A stretch of DNA of 64,000 nucleotides from Dysgonamonadaceae bacterium (GTDB lineage: Bacteria; Bacteroidota; Bacteroidia; Bacteroidales; Dysgonomonadaceae), in NCBI GenBank assembly GCA_031269865.1, contig JAISYO010000043.1:374-64373 (forward strand), read 5' to 3'. Shown piece after piece: positions 48,619 through 58,572 of this stretch. The notes below the pieces were generated by a model. It saw nothing but the letters and a program-made list of their open reading frames with translations, did no database searches and was not told where the DNA came from. The first letter of the stretch is position 1. Each line of letters opens with the position of its first letter. The position numbers were made by a program, and so were the translations under genes.

Positions 48619-48700
48619 TTTTTTGTTTGTTTTTGATTGCCGGATTTTATTTTCCCGACAAATATAATGAATAAATAATTTTCAGTTCAGAAATTGTTTC

Positions 48701-49258
48701 TCAATGTTTGTTCTCTTTTTTGTCTTCCTCGCGTTTGGAAAGCATATCGCTCAGCCGCTCAACCTTCGATTTTGTGATGGCGACACGCCCCGAACGGATA
48801 AACTGCAACACGCCGATGCTTTCGCTCAATTCCTCGAACAGCGCCTGCGTGTCTTTGTAATGCCCGGTTTTTTGGATAACCGTCGCGTGTTCGCTCACGT
48901 CCAAGATACGGGCGTTGTGCTTGCGGACGAGCTTTTCCACCATATTGGTAGCCAACAATTTGGACGTATCTATCTTGTATAGGGCGATTTCCTGATGCAC
49001 CAATTCGGCATTGGTATTGTAATACGCCTTCAAAATATCGACGCGCTTATCAATTTGGCGAACCAATTTTTTCATCGCCTCTTCGGTTTCGGAAAACGCG
49101 GTAATCGTGAACTTGTGGATACCTTGTATGGCGGAAGGCGATACCGACAACGTTTCGATATTGATCTGCCTGCGCGTGAAAATGGTGGTAATCTGATTCA
49201 GGACACCGACTGCGTTTTCGGAAAAAATAGTAATGGTGTATAATGTTTTTTCTTCCAT
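48701..49258 (-). CDS. ilvN: Acetolactate synthase small (regulatory) subunit
   Basis: 185 aa with the ACT-domain N-terminus ITIFSENAVGVLNQITTIFTRRQINIESL. Confidence 0.9.
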   Translation of the reverse strand: MEEKTLYTITIFSENAVGVLNQITTIFTRRQINIETLSVSPSAIQGIHKFTITAFSETEEAMKKLVRQIDKRVDILKAYYNTNAELVHQEIALYKIDTSKLLATNMVEKLVRKHNARILDVSEHATVIQKTGHYKDTQALFEELSESIGVLQFIRSGRVAITKSKVERLSDMLSKREEDKKENKH

Positions 49259-49271
49259 AATCGTGAATTTT

Positions 49272-50975
49272 TTAAATTGTATGTCCGTTTCCCAACAAAA
49301 TGTTGGTAACGCAGGTGCCGGCAGGAATCATCGGGTAAACCATACCCTTTGTTTCCACCGCGACTTCGAGCAGGTAAGCGCCCTTATGCGTCAGCATCTC
49401 GTCAATCGCCGCGTCCAAATCGCCGCGCTCGGTAACTTTTTTCCCTTTTATCCCGTATGCTTCGGCAATTTTGATGAAATCGGGGTTTTTCATCTGTGTT
49501 TCCGAATAGCGTTCGTCGAAAAACAACTCTTGCCATTGGCGCACCATTCCCAAAAAATTATTGTTCAGCAAAATGATTTTCACATCAACCCCGTGTTCCA
49601 TAATCGTGCCAAATTCCTGAATCGTCATCTGCAAACCGCCGTCGCCCACGAAAACACAAACCTTGCGATCGGGTGCGCCATATTTCGCCCCGATAGCGGC
49701 GGGAAGTCCGAAACCCATCGTCCCCAAACCGCCGGACGTTACCATACTGCGCGATTGGGTGTACTTGAAATAACGGGTGCCCATCATCTGATTTTGCCCC
49801 ACGTCGGTAACGCAAACGGCTTTGTTTCCGGTGGCTTCCGTTATTTTATTGACGACTTCGCCCATTTTTATCGCGCCTTCCGCCGGGTGCAGTTCGTCAT
49901 CGATCACACAACGGCGCTCTTTTTCGTAAAGCGGCTTAAATTCGCCGATCCAATCCGCGTGGGAATTTTTTTCCATCAGTGCCGTTACCAAGGGCAGGGT
50001 TTGTTTGGCGTTGCCAAGCACTTTTACCGTGGTTTTCACGTTTTTGTCCATCTCGGCACGATCGATGTCGAAATGTATCACTTCCGCTTGCTTGGCATAG
50101 GTATTCAAATCGCCCGTAACGCGATCGTCGAAACGCATTCCGATGGCAATCAGCACGTCGCACTCGTTCGTTTTCAGATTGGGGGCGATATTGCCGTGCA
50201 TTCCCAACATTCCCATATTCAAGGAATGATTGGAAGGAACAGCCGACAAGCCCAAGATGGTGGAACCGAAGGGGATATTCCCTTTTTCGAGAAAAGCTAT
50301 CAACTCTTTTTCGGCGTTGCCGAGGATAACGCCCTGCCCCACCAACGCCAAGGGTTTTTTGGCGCGGTTGATGAGTTCGGCGGCTTGTTTTATCTTTTCC
50401 ATACAAGATTCTATTTCAGGTTGATAGCTGCGCAGGAAAGTCGTTTTTCCATACGAAAATTCACATTCCTTGGTTTGCGCGTCTTTTGCAATGTCGAGAA
50501 CCACCGGTCCCGGCCTTCCGCTCGCGGCGATATAAAATGCCCGCGATACCGCCCACGGAACATCTTCCACGCGGCGAATCTGATACGCCCATTTTGTTAC
50601 CGGTTGTGTTACCCCGATCACGTCCGCTTCCTGAAAAGCATCTGAACCCAACAACGAGGAAGCCACCTGCCCCGAAATAACCACCAACGGCGTGCTGTCC
50701 ATCATCGCATCGGTTATGCCGGTAATGGCATTGGTTGCGCCGGGTCCCGAAGTTACCAACGCCACGCCCACTTTTTTAGAAACCCTTGCATAGCCTTGCG
50801 CGGCGTGTATCGCCCCTTGCTCGTGGCGGACGAGGATATGCTTTATATCGTTTTTGTGATCATACAATGCATCGAATACGGGCATTATCGCACCGCCCGG
50901 ATAACCGAAAATGGTATCCACCCCTTCGTGTAACAACGATTGCAGCAGCGCCTCGCTTCCTGTTAAATTTCTCAT
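49272..50975 (-). CDS. ilvB: Acetolactate synthase large subunit
   Basis: 567 aa with the TPP-binding block GDGGLQMTIQEF. Confidence 0.95.
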   Translation of the reverse strand: MRNLTGSEALLQSLLHEGVDTIFGYPGGAIMPVFDALYDHKNDIKHILVRHEQGAIHAAQGYARVSKKVGVALVTSGPGATNAITGITDAMMDSTPLVVISGQVASSLLGSDAFQEADVIGVTQPVTKWAYQIRRVEDVPWAVSRAFYIAASGRPGPVVLDIAKDAQTKECEFSYGKTTFLRSYQPEIESCMEKIKQAAELINRAKKPLALVGQGVILGNAEKELIAFLEKGNIPFGSTILGLSAVPSNHSLNMGMLGMHGNIAPNLKTNECDVLIAIGMRFDDRVTGDLNTYAKQAEVIHFDIDRAEMDKNVKTTVKVLGNAKQTLPLVTALMEKNSHADWIGEFKPLYEKERRCVIDDELHPAEGAIKMGEVVNKITEATGNKAVCVTDVGQNQMMGTRYFKYTQSRSMVTSGGLGTMGFGLPAAIGAKYGAPDRKVCVFVGDGGLQMTIQEFGTIMEHGVDVKIILLNNNFLGMVRQWQELFFDERYSETQMKNPDFIKIAEAYGIKGKKVTERGDLDAAIDEMLTHKGAYLLEVAVETKGMVYPMIPAGTCVTNILLGNGHTI

Positions 50976-50981
50976 ATATTT

Positions 50982-51608
50982 TTAAATATCGTTTTTGTAA
51001 AATGTATCTATTTCCCAATTTATCGGGTTATTTTCAATGTATTCCGCAATCGTCCCGTGTTCGTGTTGGTCACGGATAATGTGTTCGTGATAATTGCGTT
51101 GCCAAACGGAAAAATCTAATTGTTTGGAAACGGCAGATTTATAACCTCGCATAATCGCACCCACCGTTTGCGATGGCGACCGTAGGGGCGTATTACATAC
51201 GCCCTGATTGCATACGCCCTGATTGCATACGCCATTATCAAATTCATTATCCATTATTTTATTATTTATTGGCGTATTATTTATTGGCGTATTATTTGAG
51301 GGCGTATGCAATACGCCCCTACACGCATCATCGAATTTTGTAACAATTTCCACAATCGCGTGAAAATGATTGGGCATCACAATGAAATTATGTAATTGCA
51401 CATTTGGGCGTAATTCTACCGTTTTTAACCATTCGTTGTGTGCAATTTTTCCCGCATCGTTTAAAATCATTTTTCCACCCGGAATTTCCCCAAACAAACA
51501 TTCCCGATTTTGTACGCAAACGGTTACAAAATATAATCCCACCTGCGAATAATCGTATTCACGCAGGCGAATGCTACGGCGGTGGTGTATATCGGGGTTA
51601 TAGGGCAT
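50982..51608 (-). CDS. RAYT/IS200-like Y1 (HUH) transposase-family protein with an internal repeat-encoded insert
   Basis: 208 aa with HUH block MPNHFHAIV and a C-terminal WQRNYHEHIIRD...YIENNP block. The middle (NTPINNTPINN...GVCNQGVCNQGVCNTPL) is encoded by 15-bp tandem repeats and two GGGCGTAT-N3-ATACGCCC palindromes. Confidence 0.8.
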   Translation of the reverse strand: MPYNPDIHHRRSIRLREYDYSQVGLYFVTVCVQNRECLFGEIPGGKMILNDAGKIAHNEWLKTVELRPNVQLHNFIVMPNHFHAIVEIVTKFDDACRGVLHTPSNNTPINNTPINNKIMDNEFDNGVCNQGVCNQGVCNTPLRSPSQTVGAIMRGYKSAVSKQLDFSVWQRNYHEHIIRDQHEHGTIAEYIENNPINWEIDTFYKNDI

Positions 51609-51702
51609 TTTTATTTTTTTATTGCAATTACCAAAATCGGTGTTTTCATTTCACACAAAACAAATGAAGAGTCTTTCAAAATAGCAAATATCTTTTTCAT
51701 TT

Positions 51703-53559
51703 TCAATTTTCAATTACCCTCACTGCCCCTTTATCTGCCGACGACACCATACTTGCATAAGCCTGTAACGCTTTGGAAATTACTCGATTACGGTCTTTCG
51801 GCGTGAATGCGTTTTTGCCTCGTGCAAACTCTGCGTTGCGGCGATTTTGCAATTCTTCGTCGGAAAGCAACACGTTGATTGAACGCTTGGGAATGTCTAT
51901 TTCTATCGTGTCGCCGTCCCTTACCAAGCCTATCGCGCCACCTGCCGCCGCTTCGGGTGAAACGTGCCCGATGGACAAGCCCGACGTACCGCCCGAAAAA
52001 CGTCCATCGGTAATCAAGGCGCAATCTTTACCCAAATGGCGGGCTTTGATATACGAGGTGGGATAGAGCATTTCCTGCATTCCGGGTCCGCCTTTGGGTC
52101 CTTCGTAGATGATGACGACAACGTCGCCCGACTGCACTTTTCCGCCGAGTATGTCCTCGCAAGCATCGTCCTGCGATTGAAAAACCTTGGCGGTGCCTGA
52201 AAATTTCCAAATGCTCTCGTCCACCCCTGCCGTCTTGACGACACAACCGTCGAGGGCAATGTTCCCTTTCAGTATCGCCAAACCGCCGTCCTTGCTGTAA
52301 GCGTGCGCCAAGTCGCGGATACAACCGTTCTCGCGATCGGCGTCGAGCGCGGCGTACCGTTCGTTTTGCGAACCCATCGCTAAATTGAATCGCTGCGCGG
52401 GTGCGGACGAATAAATATCTTTTGCCGCCGCCGATACGTCGTTGGCGGTAGCGGAATAGCTTGCGATGGCTTCCGACAGAGAAAGCCCATCGACACGCCC
52501 CACCGAGGTGTCAATCAAAGCCCCTTTGTGCAATTCGCCCAAAATGTTCAAAATTCCGCCGGCGCGGTTCACGTCCTGAATATGGTATTTTTTTGTGTTG
52601 GGCGCGACTTTGCAGATGCAGGGGACTTTGCGCGACAAGGCGTCTATGTCGTCCATCGTGAAACGGACTTCTGCCTCGCGAGCAATCGCCAACAAGTGCA
52701 GGATCGTGTTCGTTGAACCGCCCATCGCAATATCGAGCGACATCGCATTGAGAAAGGCAGGGCGCGTGGCTATGTTCCTCGGCAAAACGCTTTTGTCGCC
52801 CTCAGCATAATAGCGATGCGCATTTTCCACGATTTGCCTCGCCGCTTTTTTGAACAATTCAATGCGGTTGGCGTGCGTGGCAACGATGGTGCCGTTTCCG
52901 GGCAACGCCAACCCGATGGCTTCGTTCAGGCAGTTCATCGAGTTTGCCGTGAACATTCCCGAACAAGAACCGCAGGTGGGGCAAGCCAAGCGTTCGAGAT
53001 CCAACACCCGTTTATCGGAAACGGACTCGTCGGCGGACTCAATCATCGCGTCAATCAAATCCACTTGCTCCCCGTCTATCTTTCCTGCTTCCATCGGTCC
53101 GCCCGAAACAAAAATCGCGGGGATATTCAGGCGCATCGCAGCCATCAGCATTCCCGGCGTGATCTTGTCGCAGTTGCTGATACAAACCAAGGCATCAGCT
53201 TTGTGCGCATTAACCATATATTCCACCGAATCGGCAATCAAGTCGCGCGAAGGAAGGGAATACAACATACCGTCGTGCCCCATAGCGATGCCATCGTCCA
53301 CCGCAATGGTGTTGAATTCGGCGGCGAAACAACCCAATTTCTCAATTTCGGCTTTCACTACCTGCCCTATTTCGTGCAGATGCACGTGCCCCGGCACAAA
53401 CTGCGTGAAAGAATTGGCTATCGCGATAATCGGCTTTCCCATCTGTTCCTCAGTCATACCGTTGGCTCGCCAAAGCGCACGCGCCCCCGCCATGCGGCGC
53501 GAGAAGCGATCGCCCCGGAAGGCTATTTTATTCTTGGACGAATTATCCTTGTCTCTCAT
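51703..53559 (-). CDS. ilvD: Dihydroxy-acid dehydratase
   Basis: 618 aa with the CDKITPGM block and Fe-S cysteines. Confidence 0.95.
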   Translation of the reverse strand: MRDKDNSSKNKIAFRGDRFSRRMAGARALWRANGMTEEQMGKPIIAIANSFTQFVPGHVHLHEIGQVVKAEIEKLGCFAAEFNTIAVDDGIAMGHDGMLYSLPSRDLIADSVEYMVNAHKADALVCISNCDKITPGMLMAAMRLNIPAIFVSGGPMEAGKIDGEQVDLIDAMIESADESVSDKRVLDLERLACPTCGSCSGMFTANSMNCLNEAIGLALPGNGTIVATHANRIELFKKAARQIVENAHRYYAEGDKSVLPRNIATRPAFLNAMSLDIAMGGSTNTILHLLAIAREAEVRFTMDDIDALSRKVPCICKVAPNTKKYHIQDVNRAGGILNILGELHKGALIDTSVGRVDGLSLSEAIASYSATANDVSAAAKDIYSSAPAQRFNLAMGSQNERYAALDADRENGCIRDLAHAYSKDGGLAILKGNIALDGCVVKTAGVDESIWKFSGTAKVFQSQDDACEDILGGKVQSGDVVVIIYEGPKGGPGMQEMLYPTSYIKARHLGKDCALITDGRFSGGTSGLSIGHVSPEAAAGGAIGLVRDGDTIEIDIPKRSINVLLSDEELQNRRNAEFARGKNAFTPKDRNRVISKALQAYASMVSSADKGAVRVIEN

Positions 53560-53597
53560 TTTTTCAATTATTCAAAAAAACATTGATAATCTGATAA

Positions 53598-54668
53598 TTA
53601 TAATGAGCGTATGGCTTTCACAATCCATTCGCCCACCTCACTTGTCGAGTGGGCGGTTGCGCCGTCGGCAATGTCTTCGGTAACGATACCGGCGTCCATA
53701 CTCGCGGTTACAGCCCGACGAATCGCCGCGCCTTCTTCCATTCGGCTGAAAGCATATTCAAACATCAACGCGGCAGAGAGAATGGTAGCCAAGGGATTCG
53801 CTATGTTTTTTCCTGCGGCTTGCGGATAAGAACCGTGAATGGGTTCGAAAACCGACGTATGCACGCCCATAGATGCGGAAGGCAGCATACCCAACGATCC
53901 GGTAATCACGGAAGCTTCATCGGTAAGAATGTCGCCGAAAAGGTTTTCCGTTACCAACACGTCGAAACTTTTAGGAAATTGAATGATGCGCATCGCGGCG
54001 TTGTCCACAAACATATATTCGGTTTCGATGTCGGGATATTGCGGGGCGATTTCTTGCGCGATCTGCCGCCACAAGCGCGACGTGGCAATGACGTTAGCCT
54101 TGTCCACAACGGTAACTTTCTTGCGGCGTTGCCCTGCAAATTTATACGCCAAGTGCAAGATGCGTTCCACCTCTTCGCGGGTATAAACGCAGGTGTCGTA
54201 GGCGGTATTGCCGTCTTCGCTACGCCCTTGCGGACGTCCGAAATACATTCCCCCCGTCAGTTCGCGAATGCAGACAAAATCGGCGCCGTTTACCAAATCG
54301 GCACGAAGCGGCGATTTATGAATCAGCGACGGGAAAGTGCTGACGGGGCGGATATTGGCATACAAACCCAATTCTTTGCGCATTTTCAGCAAACCCTGTT
54401 CGGGGCGCACTTTCGCGTTGGGGTTGTTGTCGAATTCGGGCGATCCGATCGCGCCAAAAAGCACCGCATCGGATTCCATACAGATTTTATGGGTTTCATC
54501 GGGATACGGATTTCCGGTTTGGCGAATGGCACACGCGCCCATCAATCCTTCTTTGTACGTCAATTCGTGTCCGAATTTTTCGCAAACGGCTTTCGTTACG
54601 TCCAAAGCCTGTTTCACAATCTCAGGTCCGATTCCGTCGCCCGGAAGTACAGCTATGTTCAATTTCAT
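53598..54668 (-). CDS. leuB: 3-isopropylmalate dehydrogenase
   Basis: 356 aa with the [12 protein letters not shown] block. Confidence 0.95.
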   Translation of the reverse strand: MKLNIAVLPGDGIGPEIVKQALDVTKAVCEKFGHELTYKEGLMGACAIRQTGNPYPDETHKICMESDAVLFGAIGSPEFDNNPNAKVRPEQGLLKMRKELGLYANIRPVSTFPSLIHKSPLRADLVNGADFVCIRELTGGMYFGRPQGRSEDGNTAYDTCVYTREEVERILHLAYKFAGQRRKKVTVVDKANVIATSRLWRQIAQEIAPQYPDIETEYMFVDNAAMRIIQFPKSFDVLVTENLFGDILTDEASVITGSLGMLPSASMGVHTSVFEPIHGSYPQAAGKNIANPLATILSAALMFEYAFSRMEEGAAIRRAVTASMDAGIVTEDIADGATAHSTSEVGEWIVKAIRSL

Positions 54669-54685
54669 AGGATATATATATTATT

Positions 54686-56239
54686 TTAGGGCAATTGTAT
54701 ATTTTTAAACGTGGGTATATTTCCGCTCTCAACCATATTCAGCATCTTCATCGTGGCTTTGATGGCGGCGGCGGTTTGATCGATGTCTAAACCCCTCGTT
54801 TTGAAAACCTTACCTTCCGATCGCCACGTGATGATGGTTTGCACGTAGGCGTTCGTTTTCCCACCGGGGGGAATCACAACCACATAATCAAGCAGTTCGG
54901 GGACGGGTTTGCCCAAGGACTGATAAATTTTGTACATTGCTTTTGAAAAAGCGTGGTATTGTCCGTCCCCTACCGCAGTTTGCTGATATTCTTCCCCTTT
55001 TATCGAGAGTTTCACGGTTGCCGTGGGGCGAAGCCCGTCAGTCAGTGTCAGCGAATAATTGAGCATACGGATTTCTTGATTTTCGACGCCGTTTTTCAGA
55101 ATGTCGGAAACGAGATAGGGCAGCTCGTCGATGCTGACGGATTGTTTTTTGTCGCCCAACTCAATGACGCGGGCGGTTACTTTTTTCATCGTTTCTTCAT
55201 CGACATCGATGCCCAATGCTTCGAGGTTTTTGAAGATATTCGCCTTGCCGGACGTTTTCCCCAAGGCGTATTCGCGTTCGCGCCCAAAGCGTTCGGGGGA
55301 AAGCTGGCTCGCGTAGAGGTTTTTTTTCTTGTCGCCATCGGCGTGGATACCTGCCACTTGCGTGAAAACATTGTCGCCGATAACCGGACGGTTGTTCGGA
55401 ATGCGCACACCCGAATAGCTTTCCACAATCTTGCTGATGTGGTAAACGTTCTGCTCATTGACATTGGTTTTCAGCTTCAAATGATCGTGGATAACCGCGA
55501 CAACGCTTGTCAAGGGCGCATTTCCGGCGCGTTCGCCCAATCCGTTCACGGTTACGTGTGCGCCTTTCACGCCGGCTTTCAAGGCTTCGAAAACGTTAGC
55601 GACGGCGAAGTCGTAATCGTTGTGGGCGTGGAAATCGAAATGCAAGCCGGGGTAACGGGAAATCATTTTTCTGCAAAACTCTGCCGTTTCGTCGGGGCTC
55701 AATATGCCGAGCGTATCGGGAAGCATAAAACGAAGGACGGCTTCGTTTTTCAATCCATCCATCATCTGAAAAACGTAATCCTGCGAATCGCGCATTCCGT
55801 TCGACCAATCTTCGAGGTAAACGTTTACCTTGATTCCCATTCGCTGCGCGTGTCCGATAACCTCTTTGATGTCTTTGAGATGCTCTTCCTCCGTTTTCCG
55901 AAGTTGGTATTTGCAATGCTTTTCGGAACCTTTGCAAAGAAGATTTACCACCCGGCAACCGGCATTCTTTATCCATTCGAGCGAAAGGGTTCCGTCCACA
56001 AAACCAAGTACTTCCACGCGATCGAGGTGTCCGCGCCCGGTAGCCCATTGCACGACTTTTTTTACCGACTCGTATTCGCCGTCCGACACGCGAGCCGATG
56101 CTATTTCTATCCTGTCCACGCACAATTCTTCGAGCAACAGTCGCGCAATGCTGACTTTTTCGGGGGAAGCAAACGATACCCCCGAAGTCTGCTCGCCGTC
56201 GCGTAGCGTGGTGTCCATTATTTCAATCAACGTGCTCAT
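54686..56239 (-). CDS. cimA: Second LeuA-family synthase, probably (R)-citramalate synthase
   Basis: Contains LRDGEQ, HAHNDYDFAVAN and a C-terminal LeuA_dimer-like region. I set the start at [17 protein letters not shown], 1 nt after the leuD stop. The tracked ORF extends spuriously into leuD. The citramalate versus isopropylmalate call is an inference. Confidence 0.75.
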   Translation of the reverse strand: MSTLIEIMDTTLRDGEQTSGVSFASPEKVSIARLLLEELCVDRIEIASARVSDGEYESVKKVVQWATGRGHLDRVEVLGFVDGTLSLEWIKNAGCRVVNLLCKGSEKHCKYQLRKTEEEHLKDIKEVIGHAQRMGIKVNVYLEDWSNGMRDSQDYVFQMMDGLKNEAVLRFMLPDTLGILSPDETAEFCRKMISRYPGLHFDFHAHNDYDFAVANVFEALKAGVKGAHVTVNGLGERAGNAPLTSVVAVIHDHLKLKTNVNEQNVYHISKIVESYSGVRIPNNRPVIGDNVFTQVAGIHADGDKKKNLYASQLSPERFGREREYALGKTSGKANIFKNLEALGIDVDEETMKKVTARVIELGDKKQSVSIDELPYLVSDILKNGVENQEIRMLNYSLTLTDGLRPTATVKLSIKGEEYQQTAVGDGQYHAFSKAMYKIYQSLGKPVPELLDYVVVIPPGGKTNAYVQTIITWRSEGKVFKTRGLDIDQTAAAIKATMKMLNMVESGNIPTFKNIQLP

Positions 56240-56240
56240 C

Positions 56241-56837
56241 TCAGTAGGCGAAAACGCGCTGTTTTTCGTAAGATTCAATTTTGTCTTTGTTCGACAGCAG
56301 GAAATCAATGTCGTCCAATCCGTTGAACAAACAGGCTTTTTTGTAGGGGTTGATCTCAAAAGACTCGCTTTTCCCCGTTTTGTTGTCCGTGATGGTTTGC
56401 GCTTCCAAATCCACGCTCAGCGTCGTTTTGGGGTTTTCGCCGACATTTTTGAATATCTCTGCCAAAAATCCGGGGCTGACGACGACGGGCAATATGCCGT
56501 TGTTCAGCGCGTTGTTGCGGAAAATATCGGCGAAGAAACTCGACACGACAACCTTGAAGCCGTAGCCTGCAATTGCCCACGCTGCGTGTTCGCGACTACT
56601 GCCCGAACCGAAATTTTTTCCGGCGAGCAAGATCTGTCCGCTGTATGTGGGATTGTTCAGCACGAAATCTTTTTTGGGTTCGCCCGATTTTTCGTAACGC
56701 CAATCGGCGAAAAGATTGTCGCCAAAGCCCTTTTTGTCAGTCGCTTTCAGAAACCGCGCCGGGATAATCTGATCGGTATCCACATTCTCAATCGGAAGCG
56801 GCACGGCTGTACTTGTTAATGTTGTGAATTTGTCCAT
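56241..56837 (-). CDS. leuD: 3-isopropylmalate dehydratase small subunit
   Basis: 198 aa with the [13 protein letters not shown] block. Confidence 0.93.
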   Translation of the reverse strand: MDKFTTLTSTAVPLPIENVDTDQIIPARFLKATDKKGFGDNLFADWRYEKSGEPKKDFVLNNPTYSGQILLAGKNFGSGSSREHAAWAIAGYGFKVVVSSFFADIFRNNALNNGILPVVVSPGFLAEIFKNVGENPKTTLSVDLEAQTITDNKTGKSESFEINPYKKACLFNGLDDIDFLLSNKDKIESYEKQRVFAY

Positions 56838-56882
56838 CTTATTTCTAATATGCTAATAAATAATGCGCTAATATGCTAATGT

Positions 56883-57141
56883 TTAGTTCATTGATTTTTT
56901 AGCAGAATTTATAATGCTTGTCAATAATTTCTTTATTTCAGTTATCTTTTCCAACAAATCCTCTTTGAATGGGTAACTATCTGAATATTTGCACAATTGC
57001 GCCAATGGACGTTCCACTTCGGACAAGTCGCTTTGCTATGTCGAATTTCTTCTCGTCTTCCAATTGCTCTGAAAATGCAACAATTTTCAACGCAAAGTCG
57101 AAAGTCAAATCCACAATCCTATTTCCTGTCTTCCTTTCCAT
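56883..57141 (-). pseudogene. Decayed four-helix-bundle protein gene (23S rRNA intervening-sequence protein family, TIGR02436-like)
   Basis: Frame 1 gives MERKTGNRIVDLTFDFALKIVAFSEQLEDEKKFDIAKRLVRSGTSIGAIVQIFR*. A second frame gives the family C-terminus DSYPFKEDLLEKITEIKKLLTSIINSAKKSMN*. The middle helix is missing. It is flanked by ATTAGCA-type boxes (56845-56881 and 57138-57150). Confidence 0.55.
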
Positions 57142-57151
57142 TAGCACATTA

Positions 57152-58546
57152 TCACATTGTCCTCGGATCGCTTATCCGCCCCGTTACCGCCGCAGCAGCC
57201 GCAATCAGCGGACTTGCCAAAATCGTGCGTGCGCCCGGTCCCTGTCGCCCTTCAAAATTGCGGTTCGACGTCGAAACGGCATATTTCCCTGCCGGAACTT
57301 TGTCGTCGTTCATCGCCAAACAAGCCGAACAGCCGGGTTGCCGCAGTTCAAACCCTGCCTCTTCGAGAATCTTGCCGATGCCTTCTTCCTCGATTTGCTT
57401 GCGCACCTGCCAACTTCCCGGCACAAGCCACGCCGTTACGCGATCGGCTTTGCGTTTGTCTTTCACGAAGTTGGCGAAAACGCGGAAATCTTCGATGCGC
57501 CCGTTTGTGCAACTGCCAAGGAAAACATAATCAATGGCTTTCCCTTCGAGTTTCTCGCCTGCGGAAAAGCCCATATATTGCAAGGATTTCTCGAAGGATT
57601 TTTTTCCGGCATCGTCAATCTCATTCAGTGTCGGGATAGAGCCGTCGATGGGCATTCCCATTCCGGGATTGGTGCCGTAGGTTATCATAGGTTTTATCAG
57701 GGCACAATCGAAAGTAACTTCCTTGTCGAAAGTCGCCCCTTCGTCGGTTTTCAGGGTTTTCCAAACCGCCAATGCCGTTTCCCATCTTTCCCCTTTCGGC
57801 GCAAATTCGCGTCCTTTCACGTAATCGAAGGTAATTTCGTCCGGCGCAATCAAGCCGCCACGTGCACCCATCTCGATGCTCAGGTTGCACAACGTCATAC
57901 GTTCTTCCATCGACAAGGCACGAACCACTTCGCCCGAATACTCTACGAAATACCCTGTCGCACCGCCTGTTGTCAGCCGTGAAATCATATACAATGCCAA
58001 ATCTTTCGCGCCAACGCCTTTCTGCAACTTGCCCTCGAAATTGATGCGCATCGTTTTCGGACGGCTCTGCAAGACACATTGCGAGGCAAGCACCATTTCC
58101 ACTTCGCTCGTGCCGATGCCGAAGGCTATGGCGCCGAAAGCACCGTGGGTAGAGGTGTGGCTGTCGCCGCAAACGATAGTCATACCCGGTTGGGTGTAAC
58201 CGTTTTCGGGACCGACAACGTGGACGATTCCGTTTTTCGCATTGCCCAAGCCGTAGTAAGCCAGCCCAAAATCCACGGCGTTTTTCGCCAATGTATCCAC
58301 CTGAAAACGAGATATTTCATCGCGAATGGGCTGATCTTGGTTCAACGTGGGGATATTGTGATCGGCTGTCAGCGTCGTCTGTTGCGGACGAAAAACGCTC
58401 AGCCCGCGCTTGCGCAATCCAGCAAAAGCCTGAGGGCTTGTTACTTCGTGGCACAAGTGGCGGTCGATATACAATTGTGTCGGTCCGTCTTGGACACTCG
58501 TAACTACGTGCGCGTCCCATATTTTTTCGAACAATGTCTTCTTCAT
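57152..58546 (-). CDS. leuC: 3-isopropylmalate dehydratase large subunit
   Basis: 464 aa with the aconitase-family blocks [12 protein letters not shown] and GSCTNGR. Confidence 0.95.
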   Translation of the reverse strand: MKKTLFEKIWDAHVVTSVQDGPTQLYIDRHLCHEVTSPQAFAGLRKRGLSVFRPQQTTLTADHNIPTLNQDQPIRDEISRFQVDTLAKNAVDFGLAYYGLGNAKNGIVHVVGPENGYTQPGMTIVCGDSHTSTHGAFGAIAFGIGTSEVEMVLASQCVLQSRPKTMRINFEGKLQKGVGAKDLALYMISRLTTGGATGYFVEYSGEVVRALSMEERMTLCNLSIEMGARGGLIAPDEITFDYVKGREFAPKGERWETALAVWKTLKTDEGATFDKEVTFDCALIKPMITYGTNPGMGMPIDGSIPTLNEIDDAGKKSFEKSLQYMGFSAGEKLEGKAIDYVFLGSCTNGRIEDFRVFANFVKDKRKADRVTAWLVPGSWQVRKQIEEEGIGKILEEAGFELRQPGCSACLAMNDDKVPAGKYAVSTSNRNFEGRQGPGARTILASPLIAAAAAVTGRISDPRTM

Positions 58547-58572
58547 ATCCTTTATCCTTTTAATCCTAAATA

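Noticed and set aside
49233-50645. 470-aa plus-strand ORF antisense to ilvB. Similar long antisense ORFs occur at 35413-36846 (opposite the UvrD-like helicase), 39586-41442 (opposite mutS), 54953-56206 (opposite cimA), 53649-54689 (opposite leuB) and 3248-4132 / 4274-5197 (opposite GH127)
   Set aside because: Each lies opposite a gene with unmistakable conserved catalytic motifs. None of the antisense products contains recognisable motifs, and all have skewed R/H/F/V-rich composition characteristic of the reverse frame of real genes.
54686-56359. Long form of the cimA-like ORF overlapping leuD by 119 nt, and similarly the 31452 start of coaC overlapping coaB
   Set aside because: Internal Met codons give N-termini that match the family consensus and abut the upstream stop codons (a 1-nt gap and an ATGA overlap). 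The extensions have no homology-like features.
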